A DNA stretch of 64,000 nucleotides from the human T2T-CHM13v2.0 reference genome, Homo sapiens: the NCBI RefSeq assembly GCF_009914755.1, contig NC_060936.1; one strand, given 5' to 3'. The position numbers and the translations under genes are program-made. Below, piece after piece: positions 58,600 through 64,000 of this stretch (position 1 is its first letter; each line of letters starts with the position of its first letter). A model generated the notes under the pieces. The model saw nothing but the letters and a program-made list of their open reading frames with translations, was not told where the DNA came from and made no database searches.

Positions 58600-58900
58600 T
58601 TGCCTGGACTCCCCCCCGCCCCGCCCCCGTTTCTCCAGCAGCTGCAGCGATTGGCCTTGTCCGCCTGAACTCCGCAGAGGCGCCCCTCCCTGTGTGTGTG
58701 GTGATGGGCTGAGGTGATGGGTGTTTCCCGGATGTGGGCAGCGCAGCAGCGCCTCCCTTCGGCGCTGGTCTGTTTCCCAGTGCTTAGAAAATGCCTGCCG
58801 GGATCCCAGCCCTCTGCTCCTTGTGGCTGGTCGTTCCTGGTGTCCTCGGTGTGTTGGGGAAAATGTAGGCCCTGGGAGGGATGGCGCCTCATTCTCTGTC
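58600..58900. promoter_or_regulatory. GC/CpG-rich patch in intron 8 with GC boxes and an inverted CCAAT
   Basis: CCCCGCCCCGCCCC at ~58614-58627, ATTGG at 58650-58654, many CpGs in non-repeat DNA. Confidence 0.45.
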
Positions 58901-58938
58901 CTTTCTAACAGTGTTGCCGTGTGTTTTGTCCCCTTCAG

Positions 58939-59034
58939 ATGAAAAACCTATTGGATGAAAATGTCTGCTTGGATCAGGGACCCGTTCCAGGCAACACCCC
59001 CATCATGTATTACTGCCATGAATTCAGCTCACAG
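58939..59034 (+). CDS. GALNT8: GALNT8 coding exon 9 (ricin-B lectin alpha repeat)
   Basis: Acceptor ccccttcag|; MKNLLDENVCLDQGPVPGNTPIMYYCHEFSSQ; donor CAG|GTATCT; 96 nt. Confidence 0.96.
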
Positions 59035-59449
59035 GTATCTTCCACAATCTTCCTGGCCCTGCCTGGGCAAGTCTGTCGTGGCTCAGCCCCTGGTAACCAT
59101 TGCTGGGTCTGGACTCCGTGATACGTGATGGGGAGGCAGGAGCGGAGCATCCTGGGTAAGGGTGAAATCCAGACCTGCACTTGTAACTGAGCACGTCTTA
59201 GTTTCTTCAGAAAGCCGTGGCAACGTAGTTCCATTTCAGTTACAGGGAGGATAGGTAGAAAAGCTATGCTCTGTCACATTCATTCTGCATGGTGATATTT
59301 GCATTGACAATCACCTCTGGTCCCTTCCTTTTCCCCTCCTCCCACTGCTCCCGCCATCTTCTCACTGCTACTGGAAAGCCTGGGAAAGTGGACAGGTGAA
59401 GCCACCTGTGCTTCTCCTATAGCGAAGGAAGCAGAGCTAGAGAGGATAG

Positions 59450-59838
<389 letters not shown>

Positions 59839-60363
59839 TGGACATTTTTTTTTTTTTTAGGGACAATATTCACATCTGTCTTCTTACTTTGCATGCTGCC
59901 CTCATAGCAACCTTTTGAGGCATGCACAATAGATATCATTTGCACTTAGTTGAAAAAATGGAGACACATTAATAACCTACTTGTCCAAGCTCACTGAGCA
60001 AGATAGTGTCAGACCAGGAATTTGAAAGGTTTTCTGACAACAAACCCATAGCTGAGGCCTGCAGTGACAGATTCTGGAGTTCAGTTTTGTTTTTTCTTCA
60101 AAGACAAGCTTCTTCATCCATGTAAGCTATGATTCTGTTGGAACCCTCCTAGGCCTGGCCTTCTCCCTGGATTCAAGGAGAGACTAAGGAGAAGGAAGCA
60201 GAGGTTGCTTCATGTTGTCCAGGAAGGTTCAGTGCTCTTGGTGTGACTGGGTGTCTAGGGGCCCCAAGATCATTCTTCCTGCTGTCCCTCGGGCTAGGGT
60301 CTCCTGCTGGCTGACAATGCCTATGGTGAGCCCTCTGCTTTTTTTTTTTTTTTTTTTTTTTAG

Positions 60364-60531
60364 AATGTCTACTATCACCTAACTGGGGAGCTCTATGTGG
60401 GACAACTGATTGCAGAGGCCAGTGCTAGTGATCGCTGCCTGACAGACCCTGGCAAGGCGGAGAAGCCCACCTTAGAACCATGCTCCAAGGCAGCTAAGAA
60501 TAGACTGCATATATATTGGGATTTTAAACCG
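60364..60531 (+). CDS. GALNT8: GALNT8 coding exon 10 (ricin-B lectin beta repeat); CDS continues beyond window
   Basis: Acceptor (T)23ag|; NVYYHLTGELYVGQ...RCLTDPG...PCSK...YWDFKP; donor CCG|GTGAGT; 168 nt. Confidence 0.96.
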
Positions 60532-60544
60532 GTGAGTTATGTGT

Positions 60545-61054
60545 TTTTGTTTGTTGGTTTGTTTGTTTTGTTTTGTTTTGTTTTGAGACTGAGTCTTGCT
60601 CTGCAGCCCAGGCTAGAGTGCAGTGGCTTCTCAGCTGACTGAGGCTACTGACAGAAAAGAGATTTGGGTTGGCTGTGAGATCTGGAAGGCAGGACATCCA
60701 GGGAAATTCTGCCAACCATTCTAACCTACAGTCTGGGTCCATTTCTATGGCCACTATGTCAAGAACACAAAAATTGAAAAGGGAGGTGATCATGTAATTT
60801 CTGGTGTGTTACCTAATATTGCAGTCTTGGCTCACTGCAACCTCTGCCTCCCAGGTCCTGGTTCAAGCAATTCTCCTGCCTCAGCCTTCTGAGTAGCTGG
60901 GATTACAGGCACATGCCACCATGCCCAGTTAATTTTTGTGTCTTTGGTAGAGACGGGGTTTCACCATGGCTGGTCTTGAATTCCTGACTTCGTGATCCGC
61001 CCGACTCAGCCTCCCAAAGCGCTGGGATTACAGGTGTGAGCCACTGTGCCTGGC
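60545..61054 (-). mobile_element. AluS-type interrupted by a 194-bp non-Alu insert
   Basis: Alu consensus stops at GTGCAGTGGC (60627) and resumes at GCAGTCTTGGCTCACTGCAACC (60821). Confidence 0.93.
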
Positions 61055-63504
61055 GAGTTACATGTTTTTTAAATGATAGGTATATGAAAGGTTCAGATTT
61101 GATTTGATAGTGTTTTAGGAGAATTACTTCTTGTGGCCCCGTGTAGGGAAAATATTGGAAACAGGGAACTGGTAAGAAACACTGAGTCTCTTGACTAAGG
61201 CAGGGTGGTTAAGGAGAAGAAATATTGGAGTCTGTTGTAGCTGAACGGTTGAGAGTTTGGGCACAAGTCCTAGCTCAGTATAGCAATTTCCTTACCCTCT
61301 CTGAAGCTCAGTTTCCTCATTATAAAATGATGGAGATGATAATATCTTCTGTATGCGACTTTTGGGAGGATTAAATGAGATAGCGTGTGTAAAGCATTTC
61401 ACGTGGTGCCTGGAGCAGAAGAGTGTTCAATACTCATTAGCCATTGTGATCCATTTATTATTAATGATTATCAGAGGGTGTGGAATACTATGCTGAAATC
61501 TGACAGAGGCTAATGTAGAAGCTCTGCCTTTAACTTCAATATCAAATGACCAAGGACAGGGCGGAGGGAATCTGGCAGAATTCATGTGATGATGACGCGA
61601 GGGTCTTGGCTGACAACAGTCTGTGGGGAATTTATAATGGATGGGCTTGCTCCAAAAGCTTCTGCACTCTTGGGCCAATTCATTAGGAAGGGGCAGTACC
61701 TCCTGGAGGGAGCTACTGCTCTGTCTCTGACTGTGTCTCTGAATGCGGTACTATGCTTGGTTCAGGTGCCACACGGACAATCTAGTTCAACAGTTTCTAA
61801 CTTTTCAAAGTTAATGACCCCTTTGAGAATTCATTGCTAGCTATGGAGTCTCTCTCCAGGAAAACATACATATGACCTATGTGCAAGATTTGCTTACAGT
61901 TTCAGAGGTTTTTTGCATCCTAGATTAAGCTTCCCTGAACTAGACAATATCAATTAGAAGGAGGAGGGTAATGTCTTCTCAGTCTCTGATGTCTCACTTT
62001 AAGCTCCAATTCTATGGAACTACATGTAATTCAGTGAAAATCCAGGTTCCCTCTGACCTTAGGCCTTTCTGCAGGTATTATTCCCTCCCCTCCCGCTTCT
62101 TCACCAGGCCAACTACAAAGTGTTCCCCTGGCCTTAGACATCATCTTCCTTGGGAAGCTTTCTGTGACCCCAGAGGAGTCGGTTGGGTGGTTCCTCTAAT
62201 TGCTCTCAGGGGTGCTTTTGTAGCCCTGGTCTCACCATCTCTTGCAATTGTCTGCTCACTTTTTTCTTTTCATCATTTGGCTGTGAGCTGGAGGCCAGGG
62301 CCTGGGGTTTGCTGTTTTTTCTCTAGCATCTGGCACAACCCCTAGAACATGGCAGGCACTCAACAAATGGTTGCAGAGCAAATGGAAGATTGGCAGGCCT
62401 GGAGATATTAGCTTGAAAGGCTTGTTAGGCTTATGGATAGAGAAAAGGTGATGCTGTCTTTGTGAGGAAGAGGGAGCAGATTTGTTTAATGTTGCAGGAG
62501 GGCGGAACTGAGACCCACAGATAAAGATTAAGGAGGCAGATTTTGACTTAATGTAGGAGCAAGGGGAGGACTTACTAAAGGCCTTACAGCTTCAGGTTTC
62601 CTACAGAAGAATAGGCTGCTGAGCATAGTGGTGAGTTCTCTGTCAATGGCAGTCACCAAGCACAGCATGTCTGAGCATCTGGCAGACCTAGGGTGCTAAA
62701 TATGAGTTTTTGATGGCCTTAATCATATCTTTTTTGTTCGTGTGAAGAAAACTACAACAAGTTACTTTGTTTTAAAAAATTAATATTCATTGTATTCAAG
62801 TTATAAATTAAAACATTTAATGAGATAGTGTGTGTAAAGCATTTAGCATGGTACTCGGTGCAAAGGAGTGTTCAAAGAATCATGGTTTTTCTTTAAGCTT
62901 TTAAGTTCAGCTTACAAATTTTACTATTTTATCTATAAGCCTAACAAGTTTTGACAATCCCCTTTAAAGAAGATTTTTTAATTTAATAAATTAAATTCCA
63001 TTAAACATGATGAGCTGTATTTACAAATTTAATATGTTAAATTTCCTTTCTTAAGAACTTCAATTACCTGACTTTAAATTTTTCAATTCTTAAGTTCTCT
63101 TAAATGTTTCAGAAGTGTTTATAAAGTCAGTAAAATTTCACCATCGAGTCACCAATTTAATTACTCAAATACACATTTTAAAATTGCTATCACAAGATTA
63201 ATCTGTAAGATGCCAATTTTCTTAGATACAAGTACTTAAAAATAGTAAATATACACAGAATCTTTGGCAAGTACTATGTATTTGATTCCCTTAATAGCTA
63301 TACTTTATCCTAAACCTCGTAAGAATTAAAGATACAATGTATTCTAAAGAAATAATATTTTTAGATAAAATTTTATTCTCATTTTTTCATATCTTTTTTT
63401 TGTGTTTTTTCTTTTCATGATAACAGCCTACCATTACTAAATAAATAATTATGCATTCCAAACATTTTGAAGGTTGCCTTGCCAAGAAAATTTTGGATGA
63501 TCGC

Positions 63505-63699
63505 CTTCTCAGCTGACTGAGGCTACTGACAGAAAAGAGATTTGGGTTGGCTGTGAGATCTGGAAGGCAGAACATCCAGGGAAATTCTGCCAACCATTCT
63601 AACATACAGGCTGGGTCCATTTCTATGGCCACTATGTCAAGAACCACAAAAATTGAAAAGGGAGGTGATCGTGTAATTTCTGGTGTGTTACCTAATATT
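63505..63699 (+). repeat. Donor copy of the 60627-60820 dispersed direct duplication
   Basis: 195 bp versus 194 bp, 4 substitutions and 1 indel. Confidence 0.97.
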
Positions 63700-64000
63700 A
63701 AGTTAGTGTTGAGTGGGTTCACTCCATCTAATCCTTTTCCATCCATCTTACCTCTTAGGTCTATAATTCTTTCAGATATGAAAAATGATACTTGATTGAA
63801 TGTTGGGCTCTTCTGGTTCTCACTTTACTTTGTAGACACAACTTACAAATTAATTTACTAAAAAGTTACCAAAGAAATTTTCCAAAATTGAGAGGGAGAT
63901 GAGACTAGATCATCCCTTCGTTTTCTTTGATTTCATGATTCTGTGTTTTGGGTGTACCAGAGGAGGCTATGACCCTTGTGACTCACAAGAGAGCCAGTGA

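Noticed and set aside
61370-62876. ~60-bp similarity between 61370-61430 and 62817-62876
   Set aside because: Both look like MIR/L2-type tails; cannot be distinguished from independent copies
63387-63795. 119-aa and 82-aa ORFs over the duplication donor
   Set aside because: No recognisable homology, and not the expected GALNT8 final exon (no lectin gamma-repeat sequence)

Overview
Human (primate) genomic DNA, repeat-rich, containing coding exons 1-10 of GALNT8 (polypeptide N-acetylgalactosaminyltransferase 8, 12p13) on the + strand. ATG is at 15500 and exon 10 ends at 60531. All introns are GT-AG with matching phases, giving 1761 nt / 587 codons with no stop, so the last coding exon lies beyond the window. 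Most of the rest is L1, Alu, MIR, DNA-transposon and solo-LTR sequence, and I found no support for the other ORF-track entries. I see no convincing new protein-coding system. The most noteworthy structures are: (i) exon 1 sandwiched between two antisense HERV-K solo LTRs, the upstream one sitting in the proximal promoter and pointing at a perfect minus-strand splice donor (candidate origin of the antisense lncRNA GAU1); (ii) a 194-bp templated insertion splitting an Alu, copied from 2.9 kb downstream; (iii) a 6 x 169-bp tandem array that captured one end of a MER3; (iv) a perfect 29-bp hairpin and a 41-bp near-perfect hairpin; (v) an L1PA3-like 3' transduction, and a twin-primed inverted L1 nested in a full-length old L1. 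Repeat subfamily names are from memory of consensus sequences and need RepeatMasker/Dfam confirmation.
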